DNA of 63,372 nucleotides, counting the filler, from Hyphochytrium catenoides (Eukaryota > Protista > Hyphochytriomycota), in NCBI GenBank assembly GCA_900088475.1. It is 7 parts of 7 records of this genome, joined end to end, with 100 filler letters (N's around TTAATTAATTAA, not from the genome) between each part and the next. Parts side by side here need not be neighbours in the genome. Positions count along the whole stretch, not along the records: positions 47,335 to 63,372 come from FLMG01002748.1; 6 more parts are not named here. One strand, written 5' to 3'. This document shows positions 50,134-63,049 of the stretch, in pieces; position 1 is the first letter of the stretch, and the number at the start of each line of letters is the position of its first letter. The notes beneath the pieces were generated by a model that did no database searches, was not told where the DNA came from, and saw only the letters and a list, made by a program, of their open reading frames with translations. A program made the position numbers and the translations under genes.

Positions 50134-52296
50134 NNNNNNNNNNNNNNNNNNNNNNNNNNNNNNNNNNNNNNNNNNNNNNNNNNNNNNNNNNNNNNNNNNN
50201 NNNNNNNNNNNNNNNNNNNNNNNNNNNNNNNNNNNNNNNNNNNNNNNNNCTGAACAGCAGAGAACCGATGGGCCAAAAGCAAGGAGGTATAAAAAGAGTG
50301 CTGTATCAAAGAGAGAAGAGAGAGGAACGGAGAGCTCTCCCAAAGTTTTGCACGAGAAAGAGAGACCGGAGATTCCCCCTCTGGAGAGGGCTTCGAGTGT
50401 CCCCGCTAAGCTGTCTTTCTCTTTGTATACAGCCTCGGCCATGCAAGAAGAGGAAGGAGAGAACGAAGAGTTCTTTCTTCAGACGAAGTATCTGACGAAC
50501 AGCAGACTGCTGAAGCTCCAGCTGCGGGATCCTGTCCTGAGACAGAATGTCCTCACGCAGGTCTCTCTCCGTCCTTTGATCTTCCCAGCACTTCCAGTTT
50601 GACTGTCTCTCTTCTCGTTTTCTCCTTTCCTGAACAATGACTTCTCTCTCTCTCTCTGTCTCTGTCTCTCTGTCTGTCTCTCTCTCTGTCTCTCCCTCTC
50701 TCTCTCTCTGTCTCTCTGTCTGTCTCTCTGTGTGTCTCTCTCTCCCCCCTCTCCTCTCTCTCTGCTCTCTCTCTTTCTCTCTCCTCTATCTCTCCCTCGG
50801 CTCTCTCTCCCTCTCCTCTATCTCTCTCTTCTTCTTCTTCTCTTGATAGAGGCGTCTGCTCTCCCGTTCAAAGCTTCTGTCGATATCTTTTAGTCTGCTC
50901 TGATTTAGAGAGAGAGATTCCTTCCCCTGCAAGCTCTTTCTTTCTCTCTGACATTTCATGGCAGTTCTTGATCATCATCAGGCACCTTTCCACCGTCAAG
51001 ATCAACCTCACTCCGTCTCCGAAGGTACGATAAAATGGGCGAAAAGAGAGAGCGAGAAACGGCGGAGGGGAAAAGAAAGGAGAAAGCTCACAGAGAGAGA
51101 TACAGGGGAAGAGAGAGAGAGAACGCCGTCTTCTATTTTTCTTTTCTCCCGATGAGAAGGATCGACAAAATTGTATCAAGATGGAGAGAGAAAGAGAAAG
51201 GAACAAACATGGAGACGCAGAGAGAGGAGAGCGCGCGCGCGAGAGAGAGAGAGAGCGAGAGAGAGAGAGAGCGAGAGAGATAGATATAGATATAGATAGA
51301 GATACGGAGCTTGACCAAGGACTGTCTCTTCTTTTATCCCCGGCTTGTGCTGACGCTTTCCCTGGCCCTCAGGCTGTGCTGCCAGAGTACGAGAAGAAGG
51401 TGTTGGAGCAGCTGCGGAAGACTCCTCCGCGAGGAAGAGAGTACCAGTCGCTGGTGCAGCACTGTCTGGAGAGAGAGAGGAACTGGACGCGGTGGAAGGT
51501 AAACACAGTGAAGTGGGAGAAGCCCAAGAAAGAGACAAAGAGAGAGAGAAGAGAGAGAGAGAGAGGGAGAGAGAGAGAAAGAAAGAGAGGGACGAAAGGG
51601 AGAGAGGGCAGAGAAAGAGGAAGAAGAGAGAGATGCAGAGAGCATGAGAGGGGGATTAACAGAGAGAGGCAAATAGAGAGAGAGATGAGCCAGGTGACAA
51701 GGAGTTTAGCCTTTGAAAGACCACAGAGAGAGAGGAAGAGAGGAGTAGAAACGAAAAGAGAGACAGACCACTTGCAGGATCAATCTTCTCCAACCTTTCT
51801 CTATCATCTTTCCCTTCACAGGCAGACAAATGTCCACCTTTTGAGCGCTACCCTGACCCCAAACTCAAGGTGGAAGAGAAAGCAGGATCGAAGACAGGGA
51901 AGCGCCTCACTGGATTCAAGGTCTCTTTCTCCTAAAATGACTCGTCTCTTGGCTTCTCTATTACTTAGCTCTCCTACTCTCTATGAACAGCCCCAATCCT
52001 CTCTCTCACTTGCTCTCGCTCTTTCTCTTTGCTTTTTTTCTCTCCATCTCTGCCTCTTTCTCCCCTCTCTCTCTCGTTTTCTCTTCTTCCCCTTTGCTCT
52101 TTTTCTCTTTGTGCTCTCTCTCTCTCTCTTTGTGCTCTCTCTCTTTGTGCTCTCTCTCTTTGTGCTCTCTCTCTTTGTGCTCTCTCTCTCCCTGTCTCTC
52201 TCTCTCTCCCTGTCTCTCTCTTCTCGTCTTTTCCTGCAGCTCTAATCTTGATGCGACGACATAGTAATTTTCGTTTCGTCACTCTTTGTCTCTCGC

Positions 52297-52333
<37 letters not shown>

Positions 52334-52663
52334 GCGGCCGCTATCAGCGGTGGAACGGAACGGAGAACCAGAGTTAGAGATCGTCCTAGGCCGCAAGAAG
52401 GCGACAGATACACTGGAGTCCCTGAAGGACGAGTCCAGAGGTGCGGGCCAATTGGAAAAGAGAGAAAACTGGGCCTGAATCTGGGAACCGGGGGAAGACG
52501 GGGAGAGAGAGAGAGTGTAGGAGAGAGGGTGAGAGAGTGAGAGAGAGAAAGAAAGTGAGAGAGAGAGAAAGAGAGAGACGCGAGAGAGAGAGAGGGGGAG
52601 AGACAGAGAGAGACGAGAGAGAGAGAGGGAGAGAGACAGAGAGAGAGAGGGAGAGAGAGAGAG

Positions 52664-52695
<32 letters not shown>

Positions 52696-54410
52696 CCCTA
52701 CTACGAAAGTGCTTCTATCTGCTCATGTCTTCCAGACTCTGTCTCCGCGATTATTCGGGATTCAACCACAATCAATCTCATCTCGCTCACTCTGTCTTGC
52801 TAGCTCACACTCCACAGCTGAACGAGTTCCTCGAGAGCTTCATCGACGCGATGGATCCAGCGAATGAGATAGAAGCAGAATATCATCCCCGAAATGATAA
52901 GGTAAATGCTAAGAGCCAGGGGAGAGAAAGAGAGGCCGAGCGAGAGCGAGAGCGAGCGAGAGAGAACGAGAGAGCGAGCGAGCGGGAGAGCGAGAGAGAA
53001 AGAAAGAGAGAGAAAGAGATGAGAAATAGAGAGAGATAGAAAGAGATAGAAAATAGAGGAAGGTTAAAGGGGAGAGGGGGAAGCGCAGACCGGAAAGAGA
53101 GAAAGTACAGCAGAGAGAGAAGGAGAGAGCGCAGATGGCCGATCAAATCCCCATAGAAGAGATCTAGTAGGACATATGTCTGCACAGAGAGCGGCTGAGG
53201 AGAAAGAAACTTGAAAGCAGAGAGCGAAGGAGACAGAAATAGCACGAGAGAGACAACGATAGCACGAGAGACAGACATTAAGCAAGAGAGACAGATATAG
53301 AGCAAGAGAGACAGAGACACAGAGATAGAGCGAGGAAGAGTCGGATTGAATGGATGGAGGTCAGATGCATTCCGAGCAAAAGAAAGGGTCTGGACAGGAT
53401 CATCCGCCTCTTTACTTCCTCCCTAACCGTCTTCACTCTTGCTCCTTCCCTCCTTTCTCCCTCTCTCTCTGTGTCTCTCTCTCTGTCTCTCTCTCTCTCT
53501 CTGTGTCTCTCTCTCTGTGTCTCTCTCTCTGTGTGTCTCTCTCTGTCTCTCTCTCTCTGTCTCTCTCTCTCTCTCTCGTTAGATATATTGCTGGCGTGCC
53601 ATGAGGTTGATGACAATGTCAAAGTTGCAGGTCTTTGAGGCGGCTGTAGATGGTAAGTGGCAAGAAAGGGAGGAGAGGAGATGTGCTGGCGATTGGCTTG
53701 ACGAGAGAAGTAAACAGGGAGGTAGAGGATGGAAGAGAGAGAAGAGAGAGAGAGTTTTGTTGCAGATGGATCATTGCTAAAGTGATAATTGTTGACGTGG
53801 GAAGGAGAAGACGGTAAAAAAGAAGCCAAAAAAGAGAGAGAGAAAGAGAGACTGAGAGAGATGGAAAGAGAAAGAGAGAGAAACAAAAAAGGGAGAGAGA
53901 AAGAGAACGTAAATATTCGCCCTCTCATTCTTCTTTCTGCTCTCCTACTCCTTTCTTCTCTCATTCTCCTCTCTTCTCTCTTCCATTAGGGATCGAGGAC
54001 ATGGTGCAGTGGGTTCACACAGGAGAGAAGCCTCCCAAGAAGCCCAAGGAAGAGCCTCAAAAGGTGAGGAAGATCTATTTTAAGGACCTCAAGGAGAGAG
54101 AGCAGCCTTCGCTTTGACCAAGAAAGGAAATGGAGATAAAGATTAAGAGAACGACCGCCGTAGAGACAAACTTTGAAGGGGAGAGGCAGCCCGGGAGACT
54201 GAAAGGAGAGAGAAAGAGAGAAGAGTTACGTGAAAGAGCAACACGAAGGAAATCTACAGGCGAAGGGAGAGACAGAATGAAAGAGATCTTCTCCTTCCAC
54301 AGCTGCAAGGGAAAGAGAAGGGCTGACTCTCACGTTCTTAGGCTCAGCCAGCTTCTCAACCCCCACGAATTGCTGATGATAAGGATGCAGGAGAGAAAAA
54401 AGCAGCCTAA
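47461..54410 (+). CDS. THOC1: THO complex subunit 1 (Hpr1), 5'-partial, >=15 exons
   Basis: Exons 47461-47580, 48051-48119, 48580-48762, 49109-49201, 49437-49571, 49906-49990, 50433-50560, 50965-51024, 51373-51498, 51822-51920, 52335-52440, 52804-52901, 53583-53652, 53990-54063, 54342-54410. Hallmarks LLKMCNGLLRKLSKGQNAVFCGRILMFLA..FSLSERSAVNLSG, FYKTFWGVQRFL, KYLTNSRLLKLQLRDP, LERERNWTRWKADKCPPFE. Confidence 0.95.
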
Positions 54411-54635
54411 GGCTTAGGAAATGAAGAGAGAAGAGAAAAGAAGTTGAGAGTGAGATGGCGCACGCGCACGCGGACAAGAAGGAAGGAGAAAACGAGGTGG
54501 AGAAAGGGAAAGACAGAGAGAGAGGAAGAGAGAAAAAGAGAGAGAGAGAGGGAAAGAGAAGGTCTGAAGTTAGAGATAACAAAGGAGAGGTCATGGTAGA
54601 CTTTGCAGCGAAAGAAGACAATTTGCTGTTGACAT

Positions 54636-57600
54636 TTATTCGGGCTTGATAAAGCTATAATACATGCTCGAACTCATCTCTGGCTCCTCCTCTCCTGCCT
54701 CTCTCTCCTCGCTTCTCTCCTCTTCAGACCCCTCTCCAGTCACTGGGAGCTCCTCTCTTTCTTTCTTCTCTTCCTCAATTCCCTCATGGATAGAAACCGG
54801 CAAAGGAGAAGAGAGAGAGGAAAGCAGGGAACTCGGTACCTCTTGTTTTCTTCTCTTTTCCCCTGGCTTCTCACGTGCGGTGGTGGACGGGACAGGAGGA
54901 GGAGGAGCAGAGGGAGAGAGAGAAGACTCATTTCTCTCTCCTAAGACGTCCACTGTGTCTCCTGAGGATACGTCAAAAGAGCTTCTCTCCTCTTTCTCCC
55001 ACTGATGAACTAGCCCTTCATCTGTTATACGGCCTCTCCAGTCACACAGGCGCAGCAGTGGGGCGCTGTTTGTTGCCATGATAACAACTCTCTCTCTTTC
55101 TCTCTCTTTCTTTCCCTTTCGTTTCTTCTCTCTCTCCTCGCTCAGGCATCGAGTCAGAGCTTCCTCTGCTTTTGGAAAGGCGTCTACGTCGCTGACAAGC
55201 CATAGAAATGACTCTCGGAGAAGAGCTCTACACAGAGACAACAGGAACTTTTCTCCCTTTGATAGTTGGACCTTCTCCAGGTCAGTGAGAGGAAGAGAGA
55301 CAGTAGATGCGGATATGGGAGAGAAAAAGGAAGAAGAAGACGTTTGCTTGTCTCTCTTCCCCTCTCCCTCGGAGNNNNNNNNNNNNNNNNNNNNNNNNNN
55401 NNNNNNNNNNNNNNNNNNNNNNNNNNNNNNNNNNNNNNNNNNNNNNNNNNNNNNNNNNNNNNGAAGAAGAGATGATGCTGACGTTTCTCTTCTTCCAACT
55501 CTTGGGAAGAGAGAACCACGAGGTTCCGTCTTCTAGTGTGAGATCGCCAGCGACTCTGAGGTCGGCAGGGCAGCGGTAAATCAGGCGAGACAAGAGAGAA
55601 ACGCTGCTCAGATCACCTGAGAGGCCTACCATCTCTCCAGGAGATAGTTGCAACGTCCCCAGCCCCAGTTTCTCCGTGGCAGAGAGCTCTCTTTCTCTCT
55701 CTCTCTCTTCTTGGTCCAAATGGACCCTCTCTCTTGAGATTGTAAGATTTTGAAACTTTATAGCGCCCCTGCCGCTCTGTGAAGACAAGGGAGAGGCCCT
55801 GTCCTCTCTCTCTCTCAGTGCAGAGCCGGACAAGAGGACACTGGTGAGGCTTCGCACCATAGGAAAGGCTCGGTGGCATCTCTGGCTGGTTCCATAGGCA
55901 TCCCAAAGAGAGAGAAGAAGAAGAAGAGAGAGAAGAGGAACTTCAAAGAGCTCGTGCAGCTCTACTTTCTTCTTGCAGCAGCTCAGCCATCCGTAGCCGC
56001 AGTCAGGATGCTCGATAGGGTCCCAGTCAAAAGGAGCGACGTCAGAAGAGACGCACTGGGTAGAGAGATGGGCCGTGGTATAGGAGAGAAAGGAGAACGT
56101 GACCAGTCCCGCCAAGAGAGCAGAGCACACTTTGAGAATATGACTGTGTCTGATCAAGAGAGAGAGAGAGACAGGCCGAGAAGAGAGAGCTTGGAGGCGC
56201 TGCAGAGCAAACTCTTCGGCCTCCGAGTCTACCAGTTCCGTTGCCTTAGCAAAGATCTCTTCTTCTTGGCATTGCATGAGCTGCGTCTCAGCCAGCTCCG
56301 CAGCGGAGATGTTAGAGAGAGAGGATTGCAGAAGATAATAGGCACCTGCCGACAAGGAGAGAGAGAGGAGAAAGACGAGAGAGAGGTTCAAAGATTCGAA
56401 GGCGCTAAGAGAATAACAGGAGAGACAGATCGTTGCCGGCCCCACCAGCCGCATAAGACCTTCAGTGACGAGCCAGGAGACCTCAGACACCTCCTGGAGG
56501 AGAAGAAGTGGGGAGACAGAAGTTGGAAACGTATCCCCTCTCTCTTTCTCTCCCTCGTTCTCCCTCAGCTGGACCTCCAGCAGGAGTCGTTTCAGTCTCG
56601 TGCTGAGAGAGCTCTGGACCAGTCTGCTTGCATGAAGAGAGAGGAAGAGAAGTAGCACTAACCAGAGGAGAGAGAAGAAGAAAACGAAGAAAATTCCTTC
56701 CAAATAGTCTCTCGGGGCATCGTATCGCCCCAGCACCACGGTCTGGACCGCGGCGCCCATCATCCGCGCCCATAGTAGGGAAGAGAGAAGGAGAGAGAAG
56801 GCAAAGAACGCAGAGAGAAAGAGACAACCAAAGACCATCACTCTCTGCACGCCCAAGAGACGGAGAAGCTGCTTCACGGAGTCTTCCCCAGGGACCCGTC
56901 GTCTAGAGTTTGCCTAGCGGTACAGATAATCGCTTTAGGCTAAGAGATGAAACGGAGATAGAGACATGGATGCGTAGCAGAGAAAGAGACAGAGTGAGAG
57001 AGAAAGAGAGAGAAAGAAAGAGAAAGAAAGATGACGGCAGAAGAGCAGCCAGGGAAGGTTCTAGCGTCTCGCTAAACATCACTCGTAATCAAAGCAGCAC
57101 CACCATGATCCATATATGACGGGGAGGAAGGAGGAAAGAGCAGAGAAGAGAACAAGCACTGAAGATCACTCTCTCTCTCTGTCTTTCTCTCTCTCTCTTC
57201 TTGTGGCAATTGAAAGGAAGAAAGTCCTACCTCTTCAAATGCGAGCCACTCGGGAGCAGCGTAATGCACCTGCAGGTAGGAGAGAGAGATGTAGGCTGCG
57301 TAGCCCTGGACAGCCGTCTCCAGCCACCAGAACGGATAGAAGAGACGTCCTAGCACTCCTCCTACGGAGAGAGAAGGTGTGAAGCAGAGAGAGAGAGAGA
57401 AGAGGAGCAACCGCACGCCAAGCATGCCCATCACCCAGTAGAGCAGAAGGTGAGACCGCGGTTGACGTTGCTTATTCTCTCTCCAGACCACGAAGGACGC
57501 GACTAGCCATGCCAGAGGACTGCTGACCGTGCTATGCAGTGGGAAAAGCACAAGGAAACGAGAAGAGAGAGAGAGAGAGAGCAAAAGTGCAACGTCAGAG

Positions 57601-58590
57601 GTAGCTTTAGCGACTCTACTCAGGAGGAGAGAGAGCAGAGATTGGGGAAGTGAATAGTTCAAGAAGAGAGCAGCACGAAATGCGGGAGAGAGCGAGAGAG
57701 AGATGGCAGTTTTTGAGGATAGACGAACACGGCGAGCTGGGAGATTAGACTAAGAGGAGGAGACACAAGCTGATAGAAAAGGCAGCACATAAAGGGAGAG
57801 AAAAAATGATAACAGAAAGGGAGTGGGACCAAGAGATTGAGAGAAAGACAGATGGAAAGAGAGAGAGACTGCGGAGAGAGAAAAAACTAAACGAGAGAAG
57901 GGAGACACATCGCTGAAAGGAAAGCGCTTCGTTCTTGGTACCTGAACCAGCTGAGAGGTACAGGCGTGGCCTCCTCTCCCAGACTCCGCAGCAGCACTCC
58001 TCCCGAGGCCAAGGCGGCAGCGAGAAGGAGAGAGAAGAGGCCACTTGCCTCAAGTTCTCGCGTCTGTGCAGCTTTCTTCCCCATCTCCGCTCTTTCCCTT
58101 AGATCTCTGAGCTCTACTGGGAGTAACAGGTCCTCTGACTCTCCTCCTTCCTCTTCGTCCTACAGCAACGAAGAGAGAGGGAGGTTAGCCAAGGAGAGAA
58201 ATTGTTGACTTAAAGCGGGAAAAAGGTGAAGGCAAAGAAAGAGAGAGATAAACTAAGTTAGGAAGAGAGAAGGAGAGAGAGAGAGGTGTGATTGGTAGAG
58301 AGGGAGCTGAGTCCCCACACGTAAGAGAATGAGGAGGGAAAGGGGGATGAAGAAGAGCAAAGAGGAGATAAGACGGAGAGATTTACGGCAGAATGAGAGG
58401 AAGGAGAGAGAGAGAGAGAGAGAGAGACAAAGAGGAAGGGGAGGTATGAACGAGAAGAAGAGATAGAAGAAGGGAATGACGCTGTCCTGCCTCTTCCTCG
58501 GTACTATCTTCTTCCTTCTCTTCAAGATCTTCAAATAGTTCATACTCATCGTACGCAGACTGGTAAGGATGGCGACCGGCATATGGACCC
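54636..58590 (-). CDS. ABC half-transporter-like protein (extra N-terminal TM region + TMD + degenerate NBD); 5' exon structure uncertain, N gap at 55375-55462
   Basis: Hydrophobic TM segments 57750-55900; GRGAIKFQNLTI; LQLSPGEMVGLSG; signature-like LSKGEKFLLSLCRALLRES (55265-55210); Walker-B position LWLVSD; H-loop position RVVIMATNSAPLLRLCD. Upstream exons ~58159-57942 and ~58590-58488 are tentative. Confidence 0.7.
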
Positions 58591-58639
58591 TGCAACATAT
58601 GCAAACGTCAGCCAGGATGAAGGAGATGTTCTGAGCAAA

Positions 58640-58677
<38 letters not shown>

Positions 58678-58685
58678 AGAGGGAG

Positions 58686-58726
<41 letters not shown>

Positions 58727-60474
58727 AGAGGAAGATGATGTATATATGGAGAGGATATACATATATATATATAGATAGAGGGGAGGAGAGGAAGATGGTA
58801 TAGGGAGAGCGAGAGCGAGAGCGAGAGCGAGAGAGAGCGCGAGAGAGAGAGAGAGAAGATGAAGAAGAAAAGTGCGAGCGAGAGAGACTGCAAAGCACAC
58901 CGAGAGACGAGGAATAGCAATAGTGCACTTTCCCCTAGAGTTCGCCGGCAACAGATAAAGAGTACAGAGACAGAGAGTGTTGACAAGAAGCGAAGGCCGG
59001 GAAGAGAGAGAAAGAGAGACAGAGAGAGAGAGATCGTGGACACAGATGCAACAGCAAGAAGAAGAATAGAGGAGAAGTTAGGCACGAGTCTCTATTATAT
59101 ATCAGCACCTGTGGTCGATGGGGTCGGGCTGTCTTTGTCTTGGAAATAAGCTGCCAGGCCGAGTAGATAATAAACGCCCAGCAGAGGAGGTCAAACGCCA
59201 GCTCATGGCTGCATCTGACCGCACAGTCCTCTGTGCTGCCGCAATGGCAAAGATGATCAAAGAGCCCCATTTCGGGGTAGAAGTTAAGCTCAACCTTGAG
59301 CTGAAGCTATGTTAAAGCAGCTTGTGGAGCTTCTCCCTCCCGACCTTCCTCTTCGTCGTCCTCAAAAAACAGACGAAGACGGCTAATAAACAGCAAGCAA
59401 AACTGAAGCTTGTCCTTCCTTGAAGTCTTCCAATGTAGATGAATAGGGACAGCAGTAAACCTCTTGGGAAGCTAAGGCTAGAGCTTCTTCGAAGCTTGCT
59501 CCGTCATCGCCAAACAAAGCTTCATCTTGAAGTCTCTGCAGAAAATCCAATGACAGAGCTTTACGAATAGAAAGAAAAAGTTCGAAGATTGATGTGAAAC
59601 AATGATGAAAGCAATGGAAGCTTTGAAACTTAAGAATAGCTACTGTGAAGAATAGACTTGAAAGATCCACCATTAGTTTCGCTCAGTAACTTTCAAAAGA
59701 CTTCAGCTTGAAGATCGATGATTGGAGTTTCTGAAGCTTCAGAAAGCGCGTCTGCAGATGATTTTTGTCTCTCAAAAGGCCGCTCCGTGAAAGTCATGGA
59801 GCTTCTGCAGAGCAAGAAGAGCGGGCTCAGGCGGCTGAGACAGCTACTCATCGGTCCCATAGGTCCCAAAGAGGCACTGAACGATATTCCTGGTATATTC
59901 AAGGGAAGGTCGGCGACATCGAGATGTTATCCAAGCTCTGGAGCTTGCTAGTCTCTTCTTGCCTCGCTCTCCCGCTAGCTGGACAGCTGCGAACGAACAA
60001 GCTTATGATGGAATTCATCCTGTACTCTGTTCTCATTTCAGGGTTACTAATGGACGACAGAGCCCGCTACGACTCTCAATACTTGCACGCTTCCTTTCCC
60101 TTGCTTCTCTCAAAAACCTTCGCTCATTAAGCGTACCATTAGCTATCGATTGGCTGGATAGACGGAGATATGACTAGCTGAAGCCTCTAGCACTAGCATT
60201 CCCTATAGCTCCGCATCTCGTCTGCTACCGCGCCGATCTCCTCTTCGATAGTCTGCAACTGGCGGTCTGTAAGCCTTGCCTAGGCATCGCCTGGTGGAGA
60301 CAGCGCCGGCGATTCTCTCTTTGGAGACCGTGAAGCAGTGAAGACAAAACTTTTCCTTATTCCTTACTTCCTTTTATATAGAGCAATGGCTACACAGCGA
60401 TAGGGGGACGGTCGCTGGAGCAGAGCAAAAGAGAGAGGAGGAAACACGGCAAAACTTATAAAGAGACAAGTAAG

Positions 60475-60552
60475 AAATGAATGCAAATGCATTATAAGAG
60501 AAATGAATGCAAATGTATTATAAGAGAAAGATTTGCAAATGTATTATAAGAG
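60475..60552. repeat. 26-bp tandem repeat x3
   Basis: AAATGAATGCAAATG(C/T)ATTATAAGAG at 60475 and 60501, variant at 60527. Confidence 0.9.
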
Positions 60553-60699
60553 AAAAGATTGAAGAAGAGGAGGATAGAGTTTCCTAGCAGGAGAGAGAGA
60601 GAGAGAGAGAGAGACAAGGAGAGAGAGATATGAGGAGAGAACAGGAGCTGAACAGAGGTTAGCAATTTCTGCAGATTGCCGCCTTGTGTGCTAGGAGCC

Positions 60700-60736
<37 letters not shown>

Positions 60737-60816
60737 GATCATCTCTCTCTTATCAACTAGCCAAAAATCCAACCACAGCTATAACCATGTCCTTTGCCAT
60801 TTTCTCCCACCTCCTT

Positions 60817-62333
60817 TCACCCTGCTGCTGCCCATCGCAGCTGCCCCTGAGGACAGAGAAGCAACGTGCGGCCTTGGCGCTCCTGCCAGAGCTGTCGGAC
60901 GCCTGCTCTGTGAGGATCGATGGCCAGATAGGCGGATGGCGTTGCCGCGGGAGAAGCGAGAGAGCTAACAGAGCGAGAGAGATGGTGATGGATCTGAGGC
61001 GCTGGTGCAGTCATGGAGAAGACGCGAGCAGCTTGAGGTGTGGCTTGTGTGGGAGAGACAGTAGGAGGAGAACGCGGTTCTTCAAAGTCTCTTCTTCTCT
61101 CTCTCTCAGTCTGCGGTCTCGCGTCTCTCTCTCTTTCCTCCCGCGTGGCTTCTTCTCCGCCTCTGTGAGAAGCAAGAGGAGAAGATGCTGTCTCTTCTTG
61201 TCTCTCCCCTGTCCGTCCAGTCATGGCTCCAGGTGGGAAGAAGGGTCCCACAGGGATCAGGACGTTAGGCGGCAGTATTGCCCCTGCAGGAAGAACCACC
61301 ATCCTGCTGCTGGTGGGCGGGGGAGGACAGCAAGGAGAGAGAGAGAGAAAGCCTGATTGTGCCTCTCTTTCTCTCGCCATCAGGACAGCTCTCTGGCTGT
61401 GATGNNNNNNNNNNNNNNNNNNNNNNNNNNNNNNNGAGAGAGAGAGAGAGAGAGAGAGAAAGGTCAGTGATGTTATTCTTCTTGCACCATAAGGAAAACT
61501 AAGGCGTTCCTGGAAGATGAAGATCTATAGAAGAAGCAGACGGAGAAAGACTTACCATTGGGACTCTCTTCCTCATTCCTTCTCTCTTCCACTTGGCCGA
61601 CCGCCTGCCCTCTTCCTGTCCTTCGACTTTGGACTCGAGAGACTCTCTCCTCTTCTCTCTTCCCTTGTCTTGGCGTAGAGGAGGGAAGAGGAGAGGAGGA
61701 GGATAAAGAGGCTAGAGAAGGAAGAGGAGAGACGCTCTTTTGACTTATCTTCTTCTCTTCTCTCTCTCTCTTCTGCTGCTGGAGAGAGTGGACCTTCTCT
61801 TCTAGTTCTTGGATATACTCTAAAGCTGTTTGGAGAACGGCATGGCGATGGGGCTTCACAGGCTTTCCAGCCGCGAGCAGCGCTGCTCTAAGATTATCTA
61901 TGGCGTCGATGATGCGGCTCATTCTTCTTTTCTCTCTCTCTGAATGCAGGCGCCGCTCACGGGCGACAGAGTCCATCGCAGCACGGGCATTATGGAAGAC
62001 AGAGGGAGAGGAGAGATATTCTGCAGAGAGGGAGAGAGACGGCAAAGATGGAGAGAACTCCGTGTCTTTCGTCTCTATTTCTTCTTCACCAGGAGAAGAG
62101 CGTGTTCGGGGGCGTTTTCTCCACTCTTTCAAGGAAGAGGAAGAGGAAGAGGGCGCCGTCTTCTTGCTGTTCGTGCTGCTTCTCCGTCGTGCTTCTTCTT
62201 TCTCTTTTTCAAGAGAGAAAGAGAGAGAGGAAGGGGAAGAGAAGAAGAGGCTGGACTTCTTTGTCTTCTCTCCTTCTTTCCATCCTGAGAGAAGCGCTGT
62301 GGGAGGGAGAGACGCCAGAGCCGCTCCGCTCAT
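60817..62333 (-). CDS. bHLH transcription factor, >=2 exons
   Basis: ATG 62333, exon to 61556|gtaag; bHLH ARERRLHSEREKRRMSRIIDAIDNLRAAL...HRHAVLQTALEYIQELEEKVHSL; probable Pro-rich last exon ending 60817 (acceptor uncertain, N gap nearby). Confidence 0.82.
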
Positions 62334-62359
62334 CGTTAGAGAGAGCGCTACGCAGGCTT

Positions 62360-62417
<58 letters not shown>

Positions 62418-62802
62418 GCAGCGAAAGAAAGTGCGATGTAACGGCGCGGTTGTCAGGCAGGCAGACTTTCTTGCTGGATGGGATGAGCTGATGAGGCTTG
62501 GAGGGAGAGGAAATATAGGTTGTGGCAAGCAAGCGGCTGAGGAAACGTCCGCAGAGAGTTGTTTGAGCGAGGAGCAGGTGGGAAGGGAGAGAGAAGAGAG
62601 AGAGAGAGAGAGGAGAGGATCAGAGAGAGAGAGAGAGAAGAGAGGGAGAGAGAAAGGAGTCAAAGAGAGAGAGAGCGTGACGCAAGCAAGAGGCGACCAG
62701 CTGCAATACCAGACAGGAGAAATGTAGACGAATAACCGCCCAAAATGAGTCCTCCAAGCCCAGCCTGTTGGAGGTCAGAAACTGTACGACGCACCTGAGA
62801 AG

Positions 62803-62862
<60 letters not shown>

Positions 62863-62981
62863 AATGCTGGCATTAACCGCCCGCTGCCATCCAAGACGAT
62901 GATGGCTGGAGTAGGAGAAAGGAGGAGAAGAGGGAAGAAGAGAAGGAAGAAACGAAGACAGACTGTGATGGATGGTGCCTT

Positions 62982-63049
<68 letters not shown>

